A DNA stretch of 64,000 nt, taken from Neodothiora populina (lineage: Eukaryota). The DNA lies in NCBI RefSeq assembly GCF_041146345.1, contig NW_027191417.1, positions 1,054,001-1,118,000 on the forward strand, read 5' to 3'. The notes under the pieces are model-generated. The model saw only the letters and a program-made list of their open reading frames with translations. It did no database searches and had not been told where the DNA came from. Positions 47,782-60,877 of this stretch are shown piece by piece. Within the stretch, counting starts at the first letter, position 1. Each line of letters begins with the position of its first letter. The position numbers were made by a program, and so were the translations under genes.

Positions 47782-49304
47782 TTGTGCGGTAAATGGTAAG
47801 GTAGGTGGTCAAGCCAGAAGGAAATGGATGAATAAAGCCTCGATGATCAACACAAAGAAAGAGTTATATGCAAAACGAAGGCAAAGTCCGCAAGCGGATG
47901 ACCCGCTACGGGTGGCAGGAAAGAAAAGAAGAAAGACACAACAACCTGACTCCAACTTCTAAGCCTTGTCGCTCTGTAGATCCTCGTCACTTCGGCTGCT
48001 AGGACTGAGCTTGTTGTGCACCTCGTACATACAGTAATACAGTACGTCCGTTTGAGAGAAAGTGGGTCGATGTCTTCCTTGGCGCGCAAGCATTGCAATA
48101 TACGGATTCCTACAGTACAGTATGGACAAGGAGACCGCTCTTTGCGAAAACGTGATTCCTTCTGCTTATGTATCGTGCCCCTCAGCCAGTATATTTGCTA
48201 CAGTACGAGTCCGACGTTACGCTATTTGCCAGAGTCATTAACGCCATAGCCACCTCTCAAAGTAAATCTCGAAGCGTCCATCCCGGCCTTTCTATAGTTA
48301 GAACGACGATACTGTACATCCCACTTCATGAGGTGCTGCCGCTTTTGTACAGATGTACTCGACAAACACAGGGTTTGCTTGATTGCAAAAGTGCTTGGAC
48401 TCTGCAAATCTCCTTGCTGTACTGGTCATGTGTTGTGCTTGGTGTTGTGGTCCTAGCCATAGTCTCTGCAAAAGGTATGTCATGCGGGATTTGATATTCG
48501 TACCGAGCGCCCGCATCCTTCCATTCGATGCCGGTCAGGTCACCACAGGACCTCGGCGCCCGATTCGGATTTACCTTGCCTTGCGAGACCTTCGATGTTG
48601 TGCACAATGCAAGCAAGGAAGTGACGAAAGGATCGCTTTCCAACTCCTTCAAAACACGTCTGGACTGATCGATAGCGCATCCCGTGTCTTCCTTCACGGC
48701 TCGTACAAGAGCTAATCAGCCCCCGCCAATTCACCACATGTAAGCCCGTTGCTGCAGTTTCCCCAATTGCTTTCGTCTACAACAAGTCAATTGCCCTGGC
48801 TTACCATTGTTATGGTGGGGCTCGTTGTCGGAGTCGAACCGGCCGACCCGGCTTGGGCTTGGCATGCATCACTCAGATCACTCTGCACTGATCGATTGCC
48901 AAGAAGATCTCCCTCGCCTTGCAAGGCTGGTGCCGCAAGCGTAAACCTTTCAGGGTGCTGGGATTGCTCCAGATGTGCCATGTGATTCGGTACCGGATCT
49001 TGCTGGATCCGACTCGCCCTACTCGATTTTGGTGCTTGGCCAAAGCCCCATCTCAGCCACGCTGTTCGTGTGTGCTGGCACTGGTTTTGCAACTTACGGC
49101 AAACACATACATCTCATTGTTCATGCCGTCCTGCCGCATACCGCCGACAAATTGAGCCAGTATACACCGCTGAGCAATAAAACTAATCATTGACACATGA
49201 ACAGCCACAATCGGTATCGTGACGCTCCTTAATCACTTTCCGTCTCCCCTGAAACGTTCTGCCACCAGCTTCTCCTGACCTTGCTCGCTGAGCAATAATA
49301 CACG

Positions 49305-50846
49305 ATGCCTGACAACAATGTCAGCTCAGTGAGGTTGCTGCTCCTTGCATTCGTGATCTGGAAGGCTCTGCTATTGTGTATCGCGTGTGCTAGCCCAGGC
49401 CCTGGATACGATACTTCGACACAGCTGTTATTGGCGTCCGGTACATCTCAGACTGAAGCATCGTCAATAAAACTACTTGGTCACATTGCTTCAAGACTTG
49501 TGCGATGGGACGCGCTATACTTTGTTCGCGTCGCTCAGCGTGGTCATGTCTTCGAGCAGGAATGGGCCTGGGGTTTTGGTTGGACTAAATCAATTCATCT
49601 TGGAGCCAAAGGTGCGATTCTGACACCTCATGGTTCGTTCAACAAGATAGGCTAAGTCGTCTCTCAGTTCTCTCCTCGCTGGTTAGACATCCTTTGCTCG
49701 TAGAAGCTCTTGCAGGAATACTCATTTCTCATGCTTGCCATCTCCTGTCTGTCTTGCTTCTCTTCCAACTTGCAAAGAGCATCGTTCCTACAAAATCGCC
49801 ACAACGCGATGATATCGCTTTTGTTGCCGCTATGCTGCACATTGTATCACCCGCCGGTGTCTTTCTTTCTGCGCCATATTCCGAGAGCCTCTTCGCGTGT
49901 CTTACTTTCCTCGGTATGCTATGCTACGCGCATGTCTATCATGGATCCTCAGGTATGGTAAGGAGATGTATATCAGTCCTCGCTTCTGGAGTGTGCTGGG
50001 GTCTTGCATCGACTGTGCGAGGCAACGGACTGCTCAACGGTCTGATCTTGCTGTCCCACGCTCTGGGCTTGCTAGGGTCACTTCGCAGCCTTGAGGTTTG
50101 TCAGGAGCTACTGGCCACACTTGTGGCCGGCCTGACGGTCGCGCTCGGTAATGCTCTTCCGCAATGGATAGGGTACCAGCAATTTTGCCCTCAAGACAGC
50201 ACAGTGCAGATCCCAATCTGGTGTTCGCGCATACCACCCAGCATTTATACATACGTTCAAGCTCACTACTGGTACTTGATCCAGTCCTCCTAGTCATGTA
50301 AATGTGCTGATAAACTGACGTAGGAACAATGGGTTTCTGAGATATTGGACGCTGTCAAACATTCCCCTCTTTGCACTCGCAATTCCTATGCTTGCTCTGT
50401 TATCGACCACAGCCTTGATCGCGGTGTTCCAACCTATACTGCTGTTGTCAATAGCAAAGAAAGTTGACAAGCCATCAACTCCGAAGTTGGCCGAGGATCT
50501 CCATGACGCCGATAGGCTGCGCTATGTTAGATGCATGCGCCTCTTTGCTTTACCTCAAGCTGCCCTCGCCTTGCTCGCTCTATTCAACTTCCACGTGCAA
50601 ATTATCAATCGGCTCTCGAGTGCCTATCCTGTTTGGTATCTCGTACTGGCAATTGCGATTACCACCAACGACGCGCCCATTGCAGCTATACCAAGTCCCG
50701 GTATCAACAGAACGATAAACCAGATGACTACCACGCTGGTTGCCTATGGTAAGAAGAGAAGCGTTCAACGAGTCGTAGTCAGTAGCATGGTCATTTATGC
50801 GATCGTGCAAGATGGACTATATGCTAGTTTCATGCCACCCGCCTAG
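49305..50846 (+). CDS. GPI18: GPI mannosyltransferase 2 (PIG-V)
   Basis: PGPGYDTST, RLVRWDALYF, FEQEWAW, SPAGVFLSAPYSESLF, YVQAHYW|NNGFLRYWTLSNIPLF and C-terminal LYASFMPPA. Introns 49612-49667 and 50272-50323. Confidence 0.95.
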
Positions 50847-50941
50847 GTTGCTTCGACTATAACGCCAAAAGCAATCAGCAAAATCTTTATCTGTGCTTCG
50901 GTTTCTTGGACCCAGCGACTGGATAGAACAAAGCTTGTCGC

Positions 50942-52349
50942 TCATCGACCCTTAACATCTACGAGAATCTTCACATGCTTGTCCTTCTCTTTCACCAATG
51001 CCAAGATACCCTTCTCCACCAGAGCGTCCATGGGAATCTTGCTTGTGATCATTCTCTGAGGCTTCAGCTTCCCATCGGCAAGAGCACGTATAACGGCTTC
51101 GAAGTCCTGGCGTTGATAGCCAAGAACAGCTACATATTTTCCTTCCTTGAAGACAAGCATATTTGGATTGAATGGTACAGCCTTTTCCCATATGGCGACA
51201 TTCACAACAGTACCACGAGGTCTGATGGCTTTGCACGCGGTTTCGAGACTCGCAGTCACGCCCTATATAGCGTCAGCGTGTGGCCACTGTAGAGTGGGAG
51301 TAATCTAAGACTTACTGCGCAGTCGAAGACAATATCAGGACCGTTTCCACCGGATAGTTCTCGTGACACTGCAGCCAGGTCGTAGGTCCCAGGGTCGAGG
51401 ACATGGTGCGCCCCGAACTCTCTTGCAAATGCCTGTCGAGATGCGGCAACTTCAGACATGATGATCTTTTTCGTGCTCAGCGCAACCAGTACTTGCACAA
51501 CGGCAAGTCCAATGGGTCCGCCTCCCAATACTAGCACATTCGCCTTCTCGGGTCCAATACGCTGCAGTGAAGATACTGACCAAGGTCAGTAAAAGAGATC
51601 AATAGATAATCATCGGTGGTTACTACCATTGACAGCATGCCACGCAACCGCCAGTGGCTCAACAAGAGCTACATGACTTTGTCAATCCTGGTCCTCCAAG
51701 AATTTACAACACATCTCGACAGACCTCCAATATCAAGCTCAATGTTGTCCGGCAGTAGATGGCAAGCTTCATGCGGAACAACGATTTCATCACTGAGGCC
51801 ACCACCGCCACCTGTGCGATATGATGTCAGCTTGATGTTACATGCTCGCCATATAGTTGTCAGACTCACCACTCAAGCCAATGAATCCTCCATTGGCACA
51901 TGCATTCTCAACACCATGTCGACAGGCGCCACAGCTTCCACAATAGATCGTCGGCTGAACGGCGACTTTCTGTCCAACCTTGAACTGGCTCACCTGGGAT
52001 CCGACTTCGGCAATAGTGCCACTGAACTCATGTCCCATACCAATAGGTACTGCTTCCCCGGTGACTGGATGTGGTGTGAGAGGTGCAAAGCTACAGGCGA
52101 ATCAGTGATAGTGTCCTTTTCTCGGTCTGGGCTCAGCAAGGCGAGGTGTACCATGGACCTCCAAGGAACTCATGTAGATCTTAAGAAATGTCAGACAAAT
52201 GGTCAGTCTTTGCGATACAAGATGAAATTACCAGTCCCGCATATTCCAACAAAAGCAGGCTCGACCCGTATCTGACCAGGTCCACATTGTTCTCGTGGGA
52301 TTTGTTCGATTCGAATGTCTTCTTTGCCGTGGTATCTTGCAGCGCGCAT
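50942..52349 (-). CDS. Zinc-dependent medium-chain dehydrogenase, (2R,3R)-butanediol dehydrogenase-like
   Basis: MRAARYHGKEDIRIE, GICGT|DLHE, GHEFSG, CGSCGAC...NAC, ALVEPLAVAWHA, GGGPIG and HVKILV. Six introns can be joined without frameshift. Confidence 0.92.
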
Positions 52350-55300
52350 CATCTTGACGAGTGTGACGATGATGGCAAAACAAATCCACGTATGAAGGGT
52401 GCTGTAGAGTTGTGTACGACGAACACAAGGGAAGGAGGCATGAATCTATTTTGTTGACCAGGCCAAGCAAGACAACCTACTGTAGCTACCATTTCCCCTC
52501 ATCGACTGATGATCCTCTGAAATGGCTCCACTTCAGCGCATGGCCGAGATCCTACATCTGGAAAAGCATTGCGGTATAGCTACGGGTTCTTTCTTGGTCC
52601 TGCACGATACCCGGATCAAACACTGCTCGACATATAGCGCGTCACCAAACCTGGGGCAGATTCATGGGGAAGCGGGGACCCCGCGATGTTACCCCTCACT
52701 CTAGCCATGCATGTGACACGAGGCCGGAGTGTTTCCCAAGATGGGTTTCCTTGGTCAAACACTTTGTTCATACAGTAATTACCGTGCCTGAAGTCCGGTA
52801 GATATTCAACAGATCACCGACACCGCAGAGCTGCTACACAAGACGTGCTTGGAGGCAGAGACCACCATTATTGCATCGTGCTACGATAGCGAAGAGATCA
52901 ATCAGGGGCTCAAACTCAGCCTCACACAAGCGAGGCATTAGGGAAATGAGAGGCAGGTCGTTCATGAACGTCAATGGATACTGCGGATAAGGGGCCCGGG
53001 TAAGCACTTCGGCGTCATGTGCAAAGCGTGCCGGATCTGTCAAGTACTCTCTCGATCTCGAATACATGTTCATATTCATGCGTTTGCCGCACAACGAAGG
53101 ATCCACAAGCACTTTCCATCCGTTCTAGCTGGACATTACGGGGATCCAGAATAAAAAGCCTCAATTGAATGTTCTGACATCCGCTATCTCCATATAGCAG
53201 GTCCTCCATCTCGTCGTGCTTCTCGCCGCCATAAAAGGGAATTAGCGAGGAAAAGCGAGCGAGGCCCGAGCCTAGAAGAACAACTAATGTTTCGAGAATC
53301 GACGTCGTTGCGTTTCGGAACCGATCAATTTGCTCACGGGTAAGGAAGAGCGACCAGGCGATCTGTGGGCTATGATTGATGAACATCGACGACGACGACA
53401 GAATGTTGACGACGACGAACACGACAGAGGATTACACAGATGGTGGTCAAAGATCGATGATGAAAAGCGGCGATAGTGATGTCGTGACGGCTGCACGCGG
53501 CACACGGCAGCGTATGCCGATTACGAACGAGTTGTGATTGACGATGATGATGGTGGTGGTAGTGCGCGCACACATGGAAAAGGGGGGAGAGCGAGGGAAA
53601 AGCTGCCGTCACCACAGACTGTAGTTGTCCGGGTGTATCTTATGTGTGCCGGGTTCCCAGGATCCACCATCTCTCAGCGGAAAGGGCCCGAGCGTGCGAT
53701 TAATCAATCTATCTCAGGGCTTCCGGGAGAGAAAAGCAATCTACGAATTACGCTACCAATATTCCAGAAAAGCCGCCCTACCCATTTAGCCTATCGCGAG
53801 CTTTGATGCGAGTACTTATACGGATGAACGGGATTGTTGCCTCGGCGTCTTTTACTATCATCGCTACTACTGCAAGGTACGAGAGACCATCCGGCAGGCC
53901 ATGTCTCAAGCACGCACCGTACGCAGCGTGTGCAATTACTCGTACAAGAAAGAGCAAGACGCTATTCCGCAGGAACACGGACGAGATCTACAGGATCAAC
54001 ATTTCCGCGCAACAGCAGCAGCAGCAGCAGTCACAGTACGTAAGGCAAGGCAAGGCATGTTTTCGTCTCCATTCGCGCTTCCTGTCTGTCTCTGTCTTCT
54101 CGTATCCCCAATATCGGAAACGCCTGCACCCGCGAGCGTCCACTCGCAAGGGGGACAAAGAATGACAGGTCAGGGTATACCACCAAGACTTGCGCGAGCA
54201 AGACCCCTCCGGACACGAGCTAGAGAGACATTTCCGTGCAGTAACCCGAGTACGTGTAAAATGCAGCAAGATACAAGAGTCAAGCAAACACAGCAACAGA
54301 GATGATGATGATGCACCGACTTACTCGTGAATGGTGGAGATCCGATTGACCGAAGCGAGTGGCCGACCAGACCCGAAAGCGGTGTGTATTTGCAGACAGC
54401 ATGCGAGATGTGTCCTGTATGTATGCACTATACTGTAAGTCTAGAAGAAAGAGGAACCACAGCACTATCGTCTTGAAGCAACGAGTCAAGCGAGCGGAAA
54501 CACATCCGTCTCCGTCGTGGTCTCACAGTTCATCACGCAAAAAGGTCTCCCTCTTTGTCAAGACCCTCTTCCGCTGAAACGAGAGAACGAAGGACGAAGA
54601 AAAGCAAGCTCGAGACTCGAAAGCAGCGATTCTTCACGTAGACAGAAACACAGAACAGAACTCGTAGGACCAGTACTAAGCGAGATAAGCAGAGCGAGTC
54701 TCCATTCTCCATTGCCTTGCCTTGCCTCGTCTCGAGTCGTCTCCTGTTCTCCCGCCCCCCCCCCCCCCCCCCACCCGCTTTCCTACCGCGGGTAAGGTAA
54801 ACATGCCAGCATCTACATGTGCAAAAGAACCGGCAAGTAGCCATAAACCATACACCCATCTACAAGTACTATTCCCATAAGTAACAAATACATACACATC
54901 ACTTGAAGTGCAAAGGCAGTAGAAAAAGAGAAAGCAAAACAAGGCGAGGCAAGAGCGCAGGCCTGCAGCACGGCTCGATGTGGGCCATGTCACCGAAGTA
55001 ATACACGCTTGCCGGGGAGGAAAGTGTGCACAGATGTACGGTAGGGAGGTAATGAATGAATATGAGAGATATAAGGATGGAGATATGAAAAGGCGCGGGT
55101 CGAGCGGAAGACTTCGGCTGGGTGAGCGAGCGAGGGATGTTCTTATCAGTAGAGAGAGGCCGAGTCCATCGGGCAAGGGGACGGTCTCTTCGCTGTCTGA
55201 GTGTGCACAAAAGAAACCGACGAAAAGACGAGAAACAGAGAGTTGGTAGGTTTGGCTTCGTTGACAGTGCACTGGTTCTAGTCTGTCAATCTAATAATTT

Positions 55301-55541
55301 TTCTCATGTACGACTATAAACAAAAACGAAATGAACATCCCTCTTCGACGACTGGTCGAAGACTCTCTGACTCTGTGTGTCAAACCCTCTGGCCCCTCCG
55401 AACCGTCTGAGATGCATAGCCCGTAGCGGGGCGGAGCCCCCAAAGCCAGACTTCCCATCCGCGGGTCCGAAAATAAACTGCAAATCACCCATGGCGCCAA
55501 CGCTTTCTTTACTTGTGCTACAATATATCGTAACCCGGGTG

Positions 55542-56207
55542 CTACTCGGTGGTGAAGGCGGCGAGGCGCTTCTTGAGCGTGGTCTCGTCCTCGGAACTCT
55601 CGACGACCTCGAGACGGCCGTTCTCGACGTTGTAAATGACGCCGTGGAGGTCGAGACCTCTAGTCTTCATGGCGTCGATGACGGTGGGGTTCATGCGCAG
55701 AACCTCCAAGCTACGGAGAATGTTGTACTCGCTCAGCTTGTTGCCCTTGTGGTCGTGGTCGAGGCTGTCGAGCTCCTCGGTGTGGTCCATGCGGAGCTTG
55801 CGCATAGGCTGCAGCCAGATGTCGAGCAGGCCAAGTCTCGAGTTGCCGAGGGCGGCGTTGACACCACCGCACTTGGTGTGGCCGCAGACGAGGATGTGCT
55901 CGACCTTGAGGTGAGCGACGGCGTACTCGATGACGGAAAGCGAGTTGATGTCGGTGGTGGTGACGATGTTGGCAATGTTGCGGTGCACAAAGACCTCACC
56001 AGGCTTCAAGCCGAGGATCGTCGTTTCAGGAATGCGAGAGTCTGCGCAGCCGATCCACAAGATCTTGGGCGCTTGGCCTGCAGCACAGCGCTCAAAGAAC
56101 TCGGGGTCGCTTGCCGCCGTCTCGTCGCTCCACTTGGCGACGCGCTGTGAGAGGGTGTGGGCGAAGCCATCTGGAAGAGGGATCTTGGTGTTAGTTGCCG
56201 AGGACAT
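55542..56207 (-). CDS. Beta-class carbonic anhydrase (Nce103/Can family); possible longer isoform from 56425
   Basis: Zinc ligands in WIGCADSR and CGHTKCGG, plus GEVFVHRNIAN and IEYAVAHLKV. Confidence 0.96.
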   Translation of the reverse strand: MSSATNTKIPLPDGFAHTLSQRVAKWSDETAASDPEFFERCAAGQAPKILWIGCADSRIPETTILGLKPGEVFVHRNIANIVTTTDINSLSVIEYAVAHLKVEHILVCGHTKCGGVNAALGNSRLGLLDIWLQPMRKLRMDHTEELDSLDHDHKGNKLSEYNILRSLEVLRMNPTVIDAMKTRGLDLHGVIYNVENGRLEVVESSEDETTLKKRLAAFTTE

Positions 56208-58260
56208 GTTTGCGGGTGTTGATGTGTAAAGTGTGAGAGGTTGGTTGGGAAAATTTGCGAGGGATGTGGGGGATAAATAGTACTCTGCGGTCCTTTGTGG
56301 TGGTGTGCGTCATTGGTATAGACAGGCGCCGAGAAATGGAAAAAGCGTTGAGCATGACTCGGCCTCAGCCTGGCCGTCCTGCTGGGACACCACGTCCGAA
56401 GACCGAAGCATAGGCCCGGTCGCATAATAGGTGGTGATGGGGAAGAGAGAAACGGGATTGGAAACAACGAGGATAGATGCTAAAGACGAGAAGATGTTGA
56501 AGACAAAAAAATTCGACGGTCATGACCCCCGGAGAGAATGGCGGGTCTGAGTCGAGCTGTGGTAGAAAGATTTAACGCACCTTGCACTTGACTAATTCCG
56601 GACATGCCAAAAAACGCTCTTTCTTTCGAGATAGTCGGCTGTTTGTAAAGGCAAATCACTCTGGACTTCAACAAGAACAATAGCAGAAGTAGAATAGATC
56701 GGTAGCAGATGGCAAACACAACGCTGATGGGAGATGGGACAGCTGGTATTTAACTGAACATATGCGGCTATCTCTCGGACCCTGAGGATCCTCGAGTCGG
56801 TTGAGTGTATGTCCAAGCTGACCGCGGAAGCTTTGGAAAGCGTAAGAGTGTCTTCGATGATTTCCGATTAATATCGTTGGCGGTCAGCAAGTGCGAGAGA
56901 TGCTTGCGAAGACGCGAGTCGATCGAGTGTCTTGTCTGTCCTTATCACATCCCCGAGCTCAAGCTATACCCTCAACTCGCACCGTCGCGTCGAGGGAAGG
57001 CGGGTGGTCAGGCCTGATGACCGGACGTACCTTACCGTAGGCAGGCGTGCCTTTGCGGACTCCGCAAACATTACCGACGCCTTTGAGGCTGTTCGAAGAC
57101 CCGCCTGTCCCCCACCAACGACCAAAGGCGTCTCTGCGGCATAGATGCGGACTTAGATCCGCTAATATATCAAGTGCATCTAACAACTGAGATATAGTAA
57201 GTTGCTCAGGAACGGATCACAAAGCGTGGGCGCTAGAACGAGGCCCCTTCAGGTACCCTTGTGCTTGTCCCTTGAGCTTGTATACTCGATGCACGCTCTC
57301 GAGACACCGGAGATGCCTGCCTCCATAATATCATGCGGGACTTTGCGACTCAGCGACAGACAGGATCCTCGTGTTCACGACCAGAAGTCAGCGTGCATTC
57401 AGCGAGACCCCTTCTTTATAATAACATTGATACATCGGCGGCACGAGTCCCACTTTTTATCAGGTGACGGCAAGTGCCCCAGATACCACAAGTCTGCCAA
57501 CCCCTTGAATCAGATCTCGTCTTGACTGGATCTACGAGTAGAAAACACGGGAGAAGGACTCGACGACCTCCGAATATTGCGGGATGCCGCTTCCGCCTCC
57601 GCTTACCCAAGCTTACGTCTTCTAGCCTCGCTCTCGTCTTCTATACATTGCAATATGTACCTTACCTTAGACGTTTGTGGCACCCGGAGAGTGTCGATAT
57701 CACTTGCCATGGATGATTCACGTGGGATCATTGTGAATGTGCAAGTGTACAAGTATCTACGATCGTTCACAGCAGTGTGGTCTTTCCATCCAGATCAAGT
57801 GGTACATGTTTCAACGTAAGATCGTGCTATAACAGCGGTGGGGCACTGCAGGGTTGTCTACTCGGATGTCAATCTGCTATACCAAAACTCGGGCATGTGA
57901 GGCCCGACTCAAGCAGCCCTAGGTACTGTCGGTGAAGCGGCCCATATTTGATATGTTCCATTGCACTAGCCCATTTCTGGCAAATGTAACGGATCCGGAG
58001 GGCAATGGCCTTGGACCAGACCAAGTGCTTCGACACAATATGCATCATGCCACGTTCGCAGGCCATTGGAGCTTTCATAAGACAGGAGGGTCTCACGTGG
58101 CTCGCCATGTCCTTGAAGTGTAACTGTAGCTTCCTCTCAATGGCATCCACAACTTCATTTGCCGAACTTCTTGAGCAGATGTGCCAAAGGAGAAGTAGCG
58201 TGCTTCATTAATTATAGTATCGTACGCTACATAACACAGTCAGGGTATCGAACGGGTCGC

Positions 58261-60877
58261 TTAATTCGTCTCACCAAAGAAACGACTCGCCTCTGCCAGT
58301 TCAGCGTCACCGGCGGCAAAGTCCCACCCTACGATAATCCTGTTCTGTGAACAAGATATGATGCGTCGACTATCGAATTGCAGCTTAAAGACCCGATTCG
58401 TCTCGAGCTCTCTGAGGCGCTGTTGACGGTGAACGTGAACGCCAGCACCGGGGGGTCGGACTTGCTGAAATGGGCGTGGTTGCGCCGCAGCATCTGGTCT
58501 CGCGGCTGCGGCTGGAGGCACGCCGTTAGCAGTCGTGGATGCTTCACCGACTTGTGCTTGTCGGACGTTCGTGGTATTGGTTTGTACGCCAGCAACAGCT
58601 CCTGCTGTACTCTGAGCTGTGCTACCGTTGTTGGTGTCGGCCGGTCGATGACGTGTCGCGGGTGGAACATTGCTTTGTATAGGAATGTCATCGAAACCAA
58701 GAGGTTGCGGGTGGATTGGACGAGTCCTTCGGTGTCTTGGCGACAAGATTTCGTCCTGATGCAAACGCCTGCTGGGAACCCATTTGCCGTCAACGTCTTT
58801 ACGCCAGATAATGATAGTCTCGTCGTACGAGCCGGAAACTATACGACTCCAAGCATTACCGCCTCCTCCAGGTGGGATTTTGGCACCTAATGCGCAGACA
58901 TCATTCGGATTGCTAGAGCCAGCGTTCCCGAGTCCACGACGTCGTCGCGCGTCGGGGGTTTGGCCAGTCGTGCGGGCATCGTGGAACGCCTGATCCACGG
59001 CGCGCGCTGCCGCTTCGAGGTCCTGATCTGTATCTTGCATGTCTCCGAATCGTGCCTGCACAGTGCGCACAAGATTCGTGTGTCCAGGAAGGCAAGCAAC
59101 CTCTGCAGATGTGGCGGCGTCAAAAATGCGCACAGTATTGTCGCTACTGCCGCTAACGATCCTTCGACCATCATACTGCACACACGCTATTCCTTTTGTA
59201 TGCCCAGTATATGTTCTGAGGCAGTAGCCGGTGTTTATGTCCCAGGCCTTTATTGTACGGTCTCCGGAGGCAGACACAATCTGCCCTTCATACACTTGGA
59301 TAGCGTTCACTGCAGCGCCATGTCCCTCGAGAGTGACCAAAAGATTATACTCCGAGATGAGGTTGGGACCACCGACTTCGATTTGACGACGAGCAACAGC
59401 TGGCACGATGGGATTGTTAACAAACACTTCGCGGCGGTTCCAGATTTTGATGGTCTTGTCCTTGGAGCATGTGATTAGATATCGGTGATCGAAGCGTAAG
59501 TTGAGAACAGATTCCGTGTGGGCTTGATCCAGTTTTCGAATAATCTCGCCCGTTGAGAAACGCCAGATGACTACGAAGGAGTCACTTCCTCCAGACACGA
59601 CAATATCTTCGGATTCGCTCTCATCAAATTGTAGGCATAGCACAGACGCATGGTGGGCTCCAGAAAGGGTCCTGACACGACGTTGGGTAGCCAAGTCCCA
59701 GATGGCGATGGTTTTGTCTCGACTGCCACTTACAACCCACTTACTGGAATGTTGTATCGTGTAGACACATTCTTCATGTGCCTCGTCAAGATGGTCAGGG
59801 TGCGGAAGCTGGAAAGTCACGTATCGACCTTTGTGCCAATTGTCCTCCAGGCGGCGTCGCTGTTTATAGAGATAGAGCCAATTGATACGCGGGAACAGGG
59901 TGTCAGGTGTGAAGAGCTCAGGGTGTAAGGTAGGAGACAGACATGCCCGAGCATTCGAGCCGGAAACACTGTCGGCGTCGTTGCGAATCTCCTCAGAGTC
60001 GTTTGGCTGGTATTCAAGCATGACAAAGTCTTCGTCTGCCTCAAGCGTGCCATGTTGTTCCCGCCATCCTTCAGACGCCGATTCGCCGGGTCCTCCACTG
60101 ATCGTCTGGTGACTCGAGGATTCCCTGGCACGCTTGGTGCTCCCAGTCCCCTCCGAGTCCAGGTCGCGTTTCCTTCGGGGGGCCTTCGGTGATGTGTGTC
60201 GTGTGAGAGTGGCACGACGTCTCGCCTCCATCGCCTCGGCTGCTCTGACTTGGTTCATATTGGCGGACCATCCCTCCCGTGTGAAGAGCACTCTCCATAG
60301 ATTACTGTCCAACGCTCGCTCTCGCCAAGCTTTGGAAGAGATGGCGGATCTGAGTAGATCGACCGGGGGAAGGTACAAGAAAATAAGAGCAGTAATTTCT
60401 GGTGGTAAGGTCATGGCCGGGTCTTTGTGCAGCAGAGGATTGAGGCGCTCCACAATTGATGCGATGGATGATGTACGGAGCGATCTGATCACAGCATAGG
60501 CAGCATCTTTAGGGAACAATGTGTCAGCATGTACAGTCGTGGAAAGAACTCATGGACAAAAGCGGTAGGAGCATTTATTAAGTACCGGATTTCTCGGTCT
60601 CTGGCAACCCGAGGATGATTGTTGCAGCAAGAGCAGCCCTGTCCTCAGCAGGCAAGCTCATGAGGTGGTTGATAAGGTTGCTATTGACGAGCTGCATCTT
60701 GTCCATGTCTGTGTCCGCTTCGAGTCGCATACTAGCGTCACTGCCTGATAGGCTCCGGGTTTCTTCAGAGCCGCCCGAGTATCCTTCATCCAACCTTGAC
60801 TCGGGTGTGTCGCGCGACATGGCAGATGGAGAGGGCGCACTCGTGAGTGAGGTTGTGGGGGAAGGTGATTCACGCAT
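58261..60877 (-). CDS. F-box/WD40 SCF substrate adaptor, FWD-1/beta-TrCP-like
   Basis: Exon 60877-60586, intron 60585-60507, exon 60506-58261. F-box LPPEITALIFLYL, INWLYLYKQRRRLEDNW, WD repeats HEECVYTIQ, GHGAAVNAIQ and GHTKGIACVQYDG, and RVFKLQFD. Confidence 0.92.

Noticed and set aside
47800..49300. Short ORFs between the 618-aa hypothetical and GPI18 (48326-48697, 48787-49092)
   Set aside because: No recognisable motifs or consistent splice path; treated as divergent promoter/UTR sequence.
50942..52349. Fragmented dehydrogenase ORFs suggesting a pseudogene
   Set aside because: All fragments join in frame through six plausible introns with catalytic motifs intact.
55377..56150. 257-aa plus-strand ORF antisense to the carbonic anhydrase
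   Set aside because: Typical antisense open frame of a highly codon-biased gene.
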